A program made the position numbers and the translations under genes. DNA of 64,000 nucleotides from Anthoceros angustus (taxonomy: Eukaryota; Plantae; Anthocerotophyta): positions 372,001 to 436,000 of the forward strand of contig VJWM01000134.1 of NCBI GenBank assembly GCA_010909165.1. Direction: 5' to 3'. A model generated the notes under the pieces. It made no database searches, had not been told where the DNA came from, and worked only from the letters and a program-made list of their open reading frames with translations. Positions 23,676-37,102 of the stretch are shown here, piece after piece. Positions within the stretch are counted from its first letter, which is position 1; every line of letters begins with the position of its first letter.

Positions 23676-25410
23676 GTCCATGTGACCCTCTTCATCCTGG
23701 CCATCGACATGAGGGGGAGCCACCCACTCAAGGAGAATCACTGTAATGCTTATGTGAAGATCGAGAGCCTATGGCACGCTCAAGATTTTGATCAAGACTT
23801 TGCGTCTTTAGCTACCTGGACGGAGACTGATGCCCATTCTACTAACATGTCACGTCTGAGAATATGCAAACATCTCCTATTAGCAGAGCTATGCAAACAT
23901 CTCCTGTTAGAGAGCTGTCCGACAATAGGCAATAGGGCTATTAGGGCCACACACCCCATCCCGAGGAGTCGCACCTCCTCATCAAAAGACATCACTTCAT
24001 ACAAGGCTCATTGTGAGCCCATCCTCAATTAATTCTCCTTCTTCTCCATCCCACACATGAGATCGATTGTGCCCGGTTTACTTTACTCTCCTTTCGTTGG
24101 AAGACGCTGTTCGAGTAGTACTCGTAGTCCCAGGCCTCCCCGATGCATGCATGGCGTGTGGGTCCTCCCACATTATGTGTGAAGGCTTCGCCCTTGCTTT
24201 CTCACTCCTCACTTGATGCTGCATGCAACTTTCGTCGAGGGGAACACGGCGTCAGGGGACTTGTGCCCTCTGAAGTGGTCGAACAGCGCCTGCAACTCTT
24301 GCTTGGCTCCACCTGCCCCAACCCATCAACCCATCAGCACACATATACAGGCACACTTGTTGACATGTCAACACGTTTGTGAACAAGTTCACAGCTCACC
24401 GTCAGTGGCACAATACCGCGCGTCTCCCGCAACTGGCCAGGGCTCGGAGGGGATGCAATGCTCTCTTTGCATGGTTCAAGCTTGGGATGCTAGCAGCTCC
24501 TACATATTTACGAGGTAACATGCTGACGAGTATGTCGACATGTTTGTCGGAAGTTTTTCGGTCACGCCCTGTACCTTGTCATCTCCACTGGTCTGGTATC
24601 CCGTCCGATGAAAATTGCTACACTGGCCCATGCCTATGCTTTGTGAAGTCCTCCCACCTGGCTGCACAAATATTGGGTTGATGTTGGCGGGGAGAAGACC
24701 TTGAAACAAGCTGCATTCACGGCTAACATGGAGGCAGCCTTCTTGCTGCTCATGGAATGCTTGAAGGCCCTGAAGGAGCCTCGAGGTAGCCCTACAGATG
24801 GCTTGCATGCTCACATCGGCACGAACGCCCGATTCTTTTTTGGACAGTGGCCAAGCCAACAACAAGGCCACCATTCCGGAAGAGGGTGGTCCCGGTGAAG
24901 CTGCATCTGCAGCTCTTGTTTGGGAACTGCATCCGATACAATCCCGTGCATGTTCTGCGACTGGAGGGCTCGGCGTGGACGGAGGACCTTTGATACGCTG
25001 CATACGATGTTCATATGACCATGTTAGTTGCGATCCCGGGTTTGTCACGCAAGTTAGCTTCATCTGACACGAGAATCTCGTTGCGATGCGGATGACAGCA
25101 GCAAGGACCGTGGCTAATCGTGTAGGTCGTAGACGTGATGTTCGAAGGCGGGGCAACGCACTGGGCAGAGGGTGAAACATTTGTAGAACTAAATGTATTA
25201 TAAAAAACAATGGGTAACAACTAAGCCGCTTGACGCGACTCCACGTAGGAAAGCTTAACGAAGAGTTTCGATCCCGGGTTTGTCACGCGATTTAGCTTCA
25301 GCTGACACGGGAATCTCGTTGTTGGTGCCGGTGACAGGGAGCGTGGCTAATTATATATGATGGTACCAAGGTGCAGATGCTGGAGCGATTAGTTGTACAG
25401 ATAGAGCACG

Positions 25411-28400
25411 ATGGCGCCTGGTGTCCGGTACTATGCCTCGCTTCTGCATCTGCATATGCATATGCTGGACTCCTGCAAGCCCAGGCTGGTGGCTTCAAGT
25501 GTGACTGGGCCTGCTGTGAGTGCTGCACCTCCGCCTGCACAGAATGGGACGGATCGTGCATCAGCTGGATTCCGGCAATTTCTTTCAGGCGGCCTCTTGG
25601 CAATTGCTGGCGCTGCGTATGCCTCGGATCGTGAATCGGTCTCGTTGGAAAGGCAAACGACATCCAGGTGCGGTGCTCTTGCTGAGGGGAATTTCGGGCT
25701 TGTTGGAGAGTGGAGAGACTGGCTGTTTGACGATTTGGGTGCTTGCAGGCTGGAGATGGCGGAGCGTAGGACAATTCCGAAGCGTCTTCTTTATGAGCTG
25801 CACAAGATTTGCGGAGTACTGTACCTAGATACTGAGGCTGTTGGTGGATTCGTGCAGCTTCACCTCGGGTTGGTTTGGTTTAGTTATTGTGGCCCTGCTG
25901 ATGCGCAGGAGGAGAGGGTGGTTCTGGACCATGAGACCAGGTACAATCACGGGAAGCCGTGGAACACGTACCATGTTATTGAAAGAATACCAGACGCAGT
26001 TGTGTATCCCAGGTATGTGGGTTGACATGTCTGGAGAGGATGTATGACATAGTTTGCATCTGACGGACCAGGTTCTGATGTACTGCCTCCTTACTTTTGA
26101 TTGGCTGCAGGACAGAGGAGGAGGTCGTTGCTATCGTGAAAGCTTGCGCAAAATACAAGGTACGTGACAGTGTTCTTTGCTTCTTGCTTTTGCATGTGTT
26201 GCAGGTAACTGTTCAAACATGGGATGCTGACTGCTGATGCCGTCTGTAGGTTCCTATCACAGCATACGGTGGAGCTACCTCGCTAGAGGGCCACACGATG
26301 ACACCGGATGGCGGAGTTAGCATAAACATGACTGAGATGAAGGTTGATAAAGATCAAGTGCCAGGCGCATGTCATTTTGGGTTGGACAAAAGTTTAGGAG
26401 TTGACCATGGCCTTGGCTGTGCTAGGCAGAAAATCAAACAGCTGCATATTGAGGACATGGATGTTGTAGTCGAACCAGGCATTGGATGGATAGAGCTGAA
26501 TGAGTACTTGAAACCGTATGGTCTCTTTTTCCCTCTTGACCCTGGTAAGCGCTTTAGTGGTGGTGGTGGTGCTTTTCCATGATGCCGTAGCTCGTTTCCT
26601 TGTTTCAATTCGCCATAAACGAGGTCCTCTTCACGGTCTTTCTACTCCATGTTGTCTGCTGCTTACAGGTCCAGGTGCAACTATCGGAGGAATGTGTGCT
26701 ACTCGGTGTTCTGGGTCTTTAGCAGTGCGGTGAGTATCTCCAGAATGTGAAGCTTTCCCTATCGTGTCATAACTTTGACTTACTTGACTTTAATCACTGC
26801 CATCGCAGATATGGGACAATGCGTGACAATGTGATCTCCTTAAAGGTTTGCTTTTCCCCCTTACCCAGCCTTCAACGTTCCAAAACAAATTGTGAAAGTA
26901 ACAGATGAAGGTGGGGCTTGGCAGGCAGTTTTGTCGAATGGCGATGTTGTCAAAACAGCTGCTCGTGCTCGGAAAAGTGCGGCTGGGTATGTATGTTTGC
27001 ATGAAATTACAGTTAGGAAGCTATTAACGAAACTTTTCGACAAGATGTTAGCTGCTGTGGCTCTTACGTGCTGGTGCCTTTGGCAGATATGACCTGACGA
27101 GGTTGTTTATTGGAAGTGAAGGCACACTGGGTGTCATTACAGAAGTCACATTGCGCCTGCAGAAGATTCCTGAAGCATCTGTGGTAGGTTTCTGCTTGAG
27201 GATCCTTAAGTTTGTGTTATGAATTAAGATCACTTCTCAACAACTTGTGTTTGTATGATCCATAGGTGGCGATGTGCAGTTTCCCTTCAGTGCGAGATGC
27301 TGCTGACGTTGCAATAGCCACAATGCATTCAGGCATTCAGGTATGTGCTACTCTGTTGATAGAAATGTGCCACCATATATTTCGTTCGATGCTTGCATAC
27401 CATTTTTAGCTCTGAGTGTCCAATTACCTGAGCCCTGTTTGTAAATTCAGTGCAGGTGTCAAGGGTGGAGCTACTAGATGAAGTGATGATGAAGGGCATT
27501 AATTTAGCAAATGACAAAACATATCCTGAAGCACCCACCCTTCTATTTGAATTTATTGGGACAGGTAAAGTGTAAAGCTTCGTAATCAATCAGTCAAGCT
27601 TCATGTGCTTCGGAAATACTGACATCTAATCTGTCTGTCTAACCAACCTCCGATGTACTCTTTACGGGTACAGAAGCATATGCTTTGGAACAAACCAACC
27701 GTGTAAAGAAAATTGTTGAAGAACATTCTGGATCTGACTTCCAGTATGCTGACACAGCTGAGGAAAAGGTTAAGCTGTGGAAGGTGAGCACTTAAGTCAT
27801 CTTAAGACATTCTGAATGTGTCTCCTCGTTTCTCGTAGAATGAGCACTTTTCTAGCGTCTTGATGTTGATATTTTGAGCCCTTGAAGCATAGGTTCATGT
27901 GTGCAGATGAGAAAAGAAGCTTTCTGGGCATGCTCAACTCTTCGACCTGGCGCTGAGATTATGGTTACGGTATGAATAGCTTGCACGGTTTCTAGTCTGC
28001 TTATCTGTCGTGAATGCTTGGAATAGGGTGAACATGGAATTCTTCGATGTCACTTTAACGTACTTCTTGCAGGACGTCTGTGTCCCCCTGTCAAGGCTTG
28101 CAGAATGTATAGCCCAAGCTAAAGAGAACCTGGATGCGTCTCCACTGATCTGGTAGATGTATACCCTGCATGCTTCGTGTTTGTTGTTCTCAAAGTATTG
28201 GTTGCTGAAGTGGTACTAATATCCATCCACCCCCAGCCCCATCATATCTCATGCAGGAGACGGGAACTTTCATGTTGCCATTCTTTTCGACCCTGCAAGC
28301 AGAAAAGAAGTTGAGGAAGCAGAAAGGCTGTCAAACAGTATGGTGCACACAGCCCTTTCCATGGAAGGTAGGTGCTAACTTGTTCCAGCAGTTGTGGCAG

Positions 28401-28716
28401 TTTCTGATTGAAAGTTTCTTACAGTCCCGTCTCATGATTTCAACCTCTTTTTGTTAAGGTACCTGCACTGGAGAGCATGGAGTCGGAATGGGCAAGACGA
28501 AGGTTAATCACAATTCTACTTGGTTGAAACACTAGCGCTTTCGTTTTTTCTAAATGGAGGGTTGAACTGATTCTGTCTGTACTCCTGAGCGTGCAGTATC
28601 TGGTGGAGGAACTTGGTGAAGAGGCTTTAAATGCCATGGGAAACATAAAGCATGCACTGGATCCTGACAGTATTATGAATCCTGGCAAGGTGGTGCCACC
28701 ACAGTTTTGTTACTAG
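25411..28716 (+). CDS. DLD: FAD-linked D-lactate dehydrogenase (cytochrome), mitochondrial type, multi-exon; start codon uncertain
   Basis: Exon peptides: [103 protein letters not shown] and DSIMNPGK. Confidence 0.9.
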
Positions 28717-29226
28717 TTAGTTTATTTATTTCGAGGACCCTAAATGTTTTTGTACAGTGTATAGGTTTTCCGCAGAGCTGAATGTACATCTTTCTCAAAT
28801 ACTCAAAAGAAAACTGAACAGGCACTCATTGCTTCTTGCTTTAGTCTCCACACTTTGCTCGTTTTGCGTGTGTTCGGCTGTTCTAGCTTGCTAAACGCTC
28901 CGGAAGTGCATATTTCGCATGCATTCCAATTACTAGCTTCGGAGAGGGGGTTAGCTAATTAGGTTCCAGTCCAGGGCTGTCGGGCCTGGAATGGAAGCCT
29001 ACTACATGGAATATCGCCCACACTGAGTACGACAGTTATGTAGGGAACGCTTCATATACATATACAGCTCTGACGGAAGCCCATGGTTTGAAGCCATTCG
29101 AATACATGAATGAGTTTTCTTCATATCAAGTGAAGAGAAAAGTACAACGAATTTGTAATGTATGTACAGAAATTTGTAGGACCCACAAGTGCACTGCAAA
29201 CCCAGTTGTGTTACAAGAGAAGAATC

Positions 29227-32105
29227 TCAGCTCAGATACTGAGACAAGTTCCACACCCTTGAAGCCCCGTTGACCAATTTCGTAGGGTCTGTTGAGGGGA
29301 AGAACGTCATGCAGATAGGAGGATCGATTTTGCTTAAAGCCAAGATCGCAGATGGAACTGTCCATACACCATCTCCACAAATCAAGCCAGACGCCACAGC
29401 GGGAGCATGCACCTCCATTTCCTCTTTGTCCATCCATTCCCAAATGAGCATGATCAATGATCCGACACACATGTCGATCGCAAAATAACCCCCAATATAG
29501 AATGGTATTGCCATAGCCATGGAGATGGGAATAAAGCGCGCAAACTTAGAGGGCGTTAAGTCTCGAATCAGATCAAGCACAATTGCCAAGCCAAAGACTC
29601 CATAGCACAGCTCCAGACAGTAACGCGGAAGAGCAGAGAAGCCTTCCACTCCGATGATACCCATCGCCCTGTATATGATGGCATATGGAGCTTTGTACTC
29701 CCCTTCCTGGTTTTCCACGTCAAAAGCCGTCCAGAACATCCAGAAGCAGAGGGGCGCGATAATACATCCAAGGGCTGTACCGATAAGCTGGCTGACAAAC
29801 ATGGAGCGAGGAGAGGACAGAGTCAAGTAACCTGTCCTGAAGTCCTGCATGAGATCAGAAGCTGTGCATATTATCGACATCATAACTCCACAAGCCACCA
29901 ATCCTGCTATCACACCTCCGTTGCTTCCAGCCCATGCGGCAAAGATGAAGATGGCCAACTTGCCGTAATTTGAAGCAAGGCTCCAGTCCGTCAGACCGGC
30001 TCCATATGAGTTACAGAAGGCGAGGACTGGGGCAACAATGTACGAAATCAGGACATAGTACCATTTCACTGCTGGAAACATCTGTGGCAGCAGGGTGATG
30101 GAGAAGGCCGCAAAGAGGACATAAAGAACCCCAGCCAACCAGAAGGGTATGCCTTCTGTAAGAAAGATCCTGTTCCGTGCAGTTTCTTGGGCACCCACTG
30201 CAGCTTCTGCAGCTGTAAAAGAGTCAAATACGTCCATTAGGAAATCAGATGAGTTTGGCGAAGCCAGAAACATGTTCAGAAGCATGAGTTGCATCCTACC
30301 TGTGACTGCTGCAAGCGTTTGCTGAGCCCTGTATTGCCGGTATGACGACTGGACGGAAATATACACAATTTTGACCACATTATAGAATCCATCACCAAGG
30401 ATGAGGGCAATGGCCACAAACACCTGCCAGACAGTCCAAGGAAGAAACAGGTTCAGCACCTCGTTACGAGAACTACATTCTCGTGGGCAGGAGCAGGAGC
30501 TTGTGCTGAAAATGATCTCTAACCTTGTAGCCATAAAGGCCCTTGAAGTCACTTGATCCAAGACCAGCCGGGAACCAATTTCCCTCCTGTTTGTTGATAA
30601 TAGGCCACAATATGCCCCATGAAATAAACGCTCCAAGAAGCACCGAGAAGTTTACAATGTGTGGACAGATCATCCCTGTCCCAACATAAGCTAGACTAAA
30701 ATCAAAATAGAACCTGAAAGAGGCAGGGCAGTCCCATCAACAAGGATTCCAAGGCAAGTGCGTGCATCCCGTCATGTAGATACGTCAATGCTTATCGAGC
30801 TGCAAAACGATCAAAGAGCAGACCTGTTCTGGAAGGCCTTGAGGCCAAAAGTGGGGAAGTTCTCAAACCCGCACTCACCCCCGGCTCCACTGAAGAACCA
30901 CTTGAAAACGCTCCATAGGAAACTGATGCTGAAGTACTTGGTGAGAGAATTCACTTGTTGCCTGCCATCATCAGATTGAGGATATCAGAGATGTCCACGG
31001 CAAACGAAAAAGCAGGCACAGCGGTTGAAGGACTAAAAGGTTCTCACTTTGCAACATGGGCGCCTGTGGGAGTGTGAAAGCTGTTAATCAGCACAGCTGT
31101 TGCCGTACCACTCGGATAAACGAGCTTATACTTCAGGATCATAACCTGCACCCACGACACCACTGGGACTGGTTACACCAGCCGACAGCAAAGATACAAA
31201 AATAACACCGGAGATCAAATTAGATCGAGCTAGCTACCTTTCGGAGGGGCACAAGGACAGCGATCCCGATGAAGCTGACGAGGAATAAAAATGCTATAAT
31301 CCAACCAAGCGACAGGTTCTTCACGTCCTCTATCCTGTTTCCCGGGTAGTCAGCGCCGATATTATCGTACGTCTTCTTGTCCAGGGAAAGAAGATACGTC
31401 CCGAAGCCACCTGTTCCACACATGAGCCAAGCATCGACCGCAACACATGTAGGTACGGGGCACAGTGTTCAACGAAAGTAAGGCGGAACGGACTACGAAG
31501 AATGCCACCATCAAATACCGAAAACAGCAGAAAAGGCCACCCTTCCAAAAACGGAATGCAAACTCGACAGTCACACCAAGAGAATGCTCGCACGAGACAC
31601 CTTACCACTGAAAGCAATGCCGTAGCACGACACAACGGCGGTCTGAATGACAGTGTTTTCCTGCCGCGTAAAAGGCCGGGACCAGAACCCCAGCCTGGAC
31701 AGTCCCAAAGTCCATGTCTTCACCAGGAAGAAGCCGAGCAGGCCTGCAGCCACGTTGAGCGACGGAATGACTCCTACCGTGAGCGATAGCTTGAGAGTGA
31801 TGATACAGAAGACTGCTCCCAACACCACGCTCACCACCAGCCCCCGCACCGTGATCTGCTCCCACCAAGGCGGTATTTCCTCGTCCGCGAACGGATCCTC
31901 AGCTTCAACCTGCCACACGCCACGCCAGAGTCAGATACAACACCATCACCTCACAAGCACAACTCCACGATCGGGATACTCTTTCCTTCTCTCCTCTCCG
32001 TTCCTTTCGTCTCCTCACCTTCTCCTTCTCCAGCAACCTCTTCGACAGCGCGCCATCCTCGGCCGGCAAGATCGCTACATCCTCATTCTCGTAGCCGCCC
32101 GCCAT
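29227..32105 (-). CDS. YSL: Yellow stripe-like (OPT family) metal-nicotianamine transporter, copy 1, multi-exon
   Basis: [70 protein letters not shown] and [11 protein letters not shown]. Confidence 0.92.
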
Positions 32106-32574
32106 CACCACGCGCACTCGCTCACCGGAAACGGGGAGCGTCACGACCCGCTGCCGTGCCTCTCACACAGACCGGTTTCCTTTCTGCCAGTCCTACGCCC
32201 GCAAGCTCGCGGCGAGGACTGCCTACGCTAGTTGGCTGTGAGATTCCGTGGCAGGCTTTACGCCAGGTTCTTCGTCAGTCGCAATCAGCGCTCTAGAAAA
32301 GGCCCCATCGCGCTGCGCAATGGAGTTCACGAATCACGCTTTCGCCATTTCCTTTCAACGAATTTGTAGAGTCCACTGTTGTAAAATAAGAGAATGCCTG
32401 ACACACGACAAAAGCTTTAGAAGGCGAGTAACAGCATACAAGGAACGTGCGTTTTTATTATACCCTAAAGGACGAAGCCCGTTTTCGGGTTTTTTTTGCT
32501 GAATTTCTTATATTTATACACATTAAAATAAAGAAAAATCTGGTGAGCGTGTTTGCACTCTCACAATTGCCAGC

Positions 32575-33240
32575 ATGAAAAGAGTTTTATTGAAGTGAAA
32601 AAAGCCCATCCAAGAGGGGACAACCAAAGGGGACCAGGGGTCGAGGTGGAGAGGAGCAACTGAGCTTCCTACCTAAAGTCACCTATTGCACCCACAATGT
32701 CATATGCAGGAAGAATAAACGGCCTGCAAACCACAGAGGTAGAGGAAGATGCATCACCTCCTGTCGCTGCCTTGCGGAGGATCGTCGTTGAGAGCGTCCG
32801 TTGAAGGGCAATTGAGACACGTTGTCGGAATAGAGTTACCAGCATGTAGAGTTGCATAGTCTCATTTGTAAAGAAAGAAAGAAAGGTCTCTCATATGCCC
32901 TTCCACTTATTTCCAAGGCAAGGTTACCCTTCATGGCCTGTCCAAATGGCTTAGGCCAAATGGACAAGAACGTGCGTTTTAGATTGATACATAGATAAAG
33001 TGTCTAAAAGGAGTGGATGCCCTGGGTGCAAGTAGCTTAGGCACACCATGGTACAAGTTGTTAAGTACCAAGTCCCATGACAGAAATCCGTCCTTTGTGG
33101 ACTTAAATAAAATCTTGAGGACGCGGGCGGGCATTTCACTCGGTTACGCAAATTGAGATAGAGCTTCATTGAGCTAACTTTATCATGGATCCATGACAGC
33201 TTGATGGACGTCTTACAAAACCTGACCATCATCGAACGTC
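32575..33240 (-). mobile_element. Decayed RLE-type LINE 3' fragment between the two YSL genes
   Basis: LFRQRVSIALQRTL...IGDFR* and a 3' UTR with aataaa, same family as 18935-19425. Confidence 0.65.
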
Positions 33241-33497
33241 TAAATCATGCTGATCCGAATTTCCAAACTGAAAAATGGGCATTCACAAAGAAGCCTCCCG
33301 TTGGTTTGTAAACTCGCCAAGGGTCAGGGCATCTTTGAGGAATCTTGCCCTCATGTCCATCGTTGGGCATGAAGATGGTATCACATTTTTTCTGTTGGGA
33401 AATCCACATATTCCCCACGCTGTCCGCACATATACTCAAAGACCCGAGATGGGGACGGACACCTGAATCGCGCTAGACATCGAAGAGTTATTACGAG

Positions 33498-36145
33498 TCA
33501 AGTCGCAGAAGGCAGGAAAGTCATGCAGATCGGGGGAACGATGTCGGCCATGGCCAGAAGAGCGGAAGGCATGGTCCAGAGGCCGTCCCCGCAGATGAAG
33601 CCAGAGGCCACGGCAATGGAGTGCGCGTCCCTGCCCTCCCTGTCCAGCAGCTCCCACGCAAAGGTGACAACGGAGCCCAGAAACATGTCGACGCTGATGA
33701 AGGCTCCCAGGTAGCAAGGCACGGCCATGGGGATGGGGATGGGGACGAACGGGGACCAGGAGGCGGGGGCCAGGTCCCGGAGCAGGCAGAGCAGGATGGA
33801 GGCAGAGAAGACGGCCAGGCAGAGTTCGAGGCAGTGCGCAGGCACGGCCGACAGGCCCTCCACTCCCAGGATCCCGAGGGCGCGGTATATCACGGCGAAG
33901 GGGACCTTGAAGGCGCCGTCGGGGTTGCCCACGTCGAAGGCGGTCCAGTACATCCAGAAGCAGAGGGGGCTCACGGCGCACCCCAGGGCGGTGCCTAGCA
34001 CCTGCCCTGAGAGCATTGCGCGGGGAGAGGAGAGGGTGAGGTAACCTGCCCTGAAGTCCTTCATCAGCTGGGAGCCCGAGGACACAGCCGAGAACATGAT
34101 CCCGCAGGACACCAGCCCGACCACCACCCCGCCCTCGCGCCCAGCCCAGGCCGCGAAGACGAAGATGGCCAGCTTCGCGTAGGTGGAGGCCAGGTCCAGG
34201 TCGGTGATTCCTGCGGTGAAGGAATTGCAGAAAGCGAATGCGGGGGCCAGGAGGTAGGATGAGAGGATGTGGTACCATTTGACGGCCGGGAAGAGGCGCG
34301 GGAGGAAGAAGGTGGACAAGGCTGCCAGTGTGAGGTAGGAGCAGCCCGCCGGCCAGCCGGGGACTCTGCCGCGCAGGAAAACCTCGTCCTCGTATTGGAG
34401 AGTATCGTCTGCATTGCGTTTCTGTGCAAGTGAGACCGTGGGAGAGGAGAAAGGACGAGAGCAGGAGTTACGGTTGGTGGTTACAGTACCTGGTAGAGCA
34501 TCCTGTGACTCTTTGATGCGTTGCTGGTAGATTCGGTGTGCCGATTGTACCACGATCTTGATCAGGCGGTAGAATCCGTCTCCCAGGATGAGAGAAATTG
34601 CAATAAACACCTGGCAGCGGATTTGAAATGAGCAGTGCGATGGCGTGAAAGGTAAGAGCAGATGCCGTGGCAATTAATTTTCCTCGTACCTTGTAGCCAT
34701 ACAGGCCCTTGAAATCAGTGGATGCAAGACCGGCAGGATACCAGGTCCCCTCTTGCCTGCTGATGAGAGGCCATAACACTCCCCAACTGGCCAAGGCTCC
34801 AAGCATGAGCGAGCAGTTCACAGTATGAGAGCAGATCATGCCCGCTCCCACGTAAGATAGATTGAAGTCGAGATAGAAGCTGCGCAAGCGCAGCACGAGG
34901 AGCAATTAACAAATTTTAAACGGGCACGCCAGAGAAGGGAGAGATGCCGCTACGGACTGTCAAGCTCTCACCTATTTCGAAAGGCCTTGAGACCGAAGAT
35001 AGGGAATTTCTCAAATCCACACGTACCGCCAACTCCACTGAAGAACCATTTGAAAAGGCTCCACAGAAAGCTCAAGCTGGAAGACCGTGCAAGGGAGAGC
35101 AGTCGCTTCCTACGATTCTCGTCGAGAGGCAGAGATGCGGTGAGAAGAGAGCCGACAGAGAAAGAAGCAACGCAGAGAAACGAACCTACATACATCGGTC
35201 TTACTCGGATAAGTCGGAGCCCTTGGAGTTGTGGAAGTTGTTGATGAGCAAGGCTGTGGCTGTACCGCTGGGATACACAAGCTTGTACTTCAAGATCATG
35301 ATCTTCATAGCCGATGTCAACATTTTATCAGGAACATGGACGTGAGATCAGAGGAGGAAGGGAAATGCCAAAGAATGTGATAATATGGAGGTTACCTGAG
35401 AGAGAGGTACCAAGACTGCGATGCCGGTGAAGCTAACCAGGAACAAGTAGCCATAGATCCACTTTAAGGACAAATCCTTCACGTCCTCTATCCTGTTCCC
35501 GGGATAGTCAGCTCCGATGGTGGCGTACGAGCTGCTATCCAGGGCCACAAGCTGCGCCGCGAATCCACCTGATTCGACACCAATTCCCGCGGGGAAAGAC
35601 ATCTCGACCTCAAATGCGCATTGCCAAGCACATGCGCATCGGAGCAAGCTGGCGTGCGGACAAGAAGCCACTCGGAATGCAGCTGCAGGCTAACCAGTGA
35701 AGCAGATGGTGGAACAGGCCACCACAGTGGTCTGGATGACGGCGTTCTCCTGCGGCGTGAAGGGGCGAGTGCGAATCCCCATCCTGCTCAGCCCCGCCGT
35801 CCAAGCCTTGATCGAGCAGAATCCGAGCAGGCCTGCCGCCACGTTCAGGTTGGGATTCACTCCTATCGTGAGCAGCATCTTGAGCGCGATGATGGAGAAG
35901 AGAGTTCCCAGTACCGCGCTCGCCACCGCGCCCCGCACTGTCACCTGCGCCTCCCATGGCGGAATGCTGGAGAGGCGACTCGCCTGCTCCTCGCTTTCTT
36001 CCTGCCAAAACGAACCACATATTGCAACACCACACGCAATGCGACGATGCATCACATTCCAGCTTCCATCCTAATTCATGGCACGCACATCGATTGCCGC
36101 GCCGTTGTCAAGCAATGTGCGCTCCAGCTCCGAGCTGCAGGCCAT
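33498..36145 (-). CDS. YSL: Yellow stripe-like transporter, copy 2, multi-exon
   Basis: [53 protein letters not shown] and [11 protein letters not shown]. First exon [19 protein letters not shown] ends at a GT donor. Confidence 0.9.
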
Positions 36146-37102
36146 TTCGACTCGTCCGCTACGACTAGCATGGTTCAGAGAAACATGACTGTAGAGTGTG
36201 GCGTTGCTGTACTGGAAAAGATGCAGTGACAACGTTGTTACGTCGAAGACACACTCACATGCTACGGTCCGTACCCGAGAGACAGCTTTTTAATATTGAA
36301 TAATGCGGGCCCAAATGACAGCCAGCATTAAATGTACAGGAATCAGGACTACCATCCCCCCAGTGCAGTCCCATGTCTGCTCTGCGCATCCACAACCCAC
36401 CCCTCGCTAGGTCCAGATCGAACCTCAGATAAGAGAGAGGTTAAACTTGCCTGTGGTCCAGACTTCAGCCCATGAGTGATGGCAGTGAGACTTGGCTGTT
36501 CCATGACCGTGTCAGCCTTTAACCCTCGAGTAATACATGTCGCTGCAGGGGGCGGAGGCGAAGTTTGAAGAAGACGAAGGCCCACCGGCTCCCCATGGCT
36601 TGCTCCGGTATCGGCATTTCTTAGAAACAGACGGGCAAGGCTGAAGACAAACACACCAATTTCAAGTGAGTCATCCATCCGTCGCCGTAGCCGGTGCCGT
36701 AGAGGCAAGAAAAGTATGTACTCGTCTCTATCAACGAATCACCACCTCAAGACAACTAATTCTGAAAAGAAGGAATGAAGGGGGAAAGTCAGTGTGGGTG
36801 GGGATGCTCTATGTAAGGATGAAGGGCCACGCAGGAATTAGGTGTCTGCGGTTCACTACTTACTTGTTTAGGTGAGTCTGCACAGTGCAGCACAAGCGGG
36901 TGAAGGACAGGATCCCCTTTAACAAACGAAAGACGGTGTCAGGATAAAGCCCAGACCAAGGACACACCGGGCTCAGGCCCCAACCCAAAAAAAAAAACCA
37001 CACACAGGCACAACGCAGCCACACATGGAAACACTCTTACAGAAATCAGTCAGTGGATATGGTCCCAAGATCAAATCTGCGAGGTCTACGACTCCATATC
37101 AG

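Noticed and set aside
24500-25210. 236-aa minus-strand ORF and neighbouring ORFs at 23.7-25.3 kb (including a ~90-bp duplication at 25031 and 25270)
   Set aside because: No family motifs recognised. Probably decayed repeat or intergenic DNA.
25900-28716. Short minus-strand ORFs within the DLD gene
   Set aside because: Antisense or intronic by-products of the spliced plus-strand gene.
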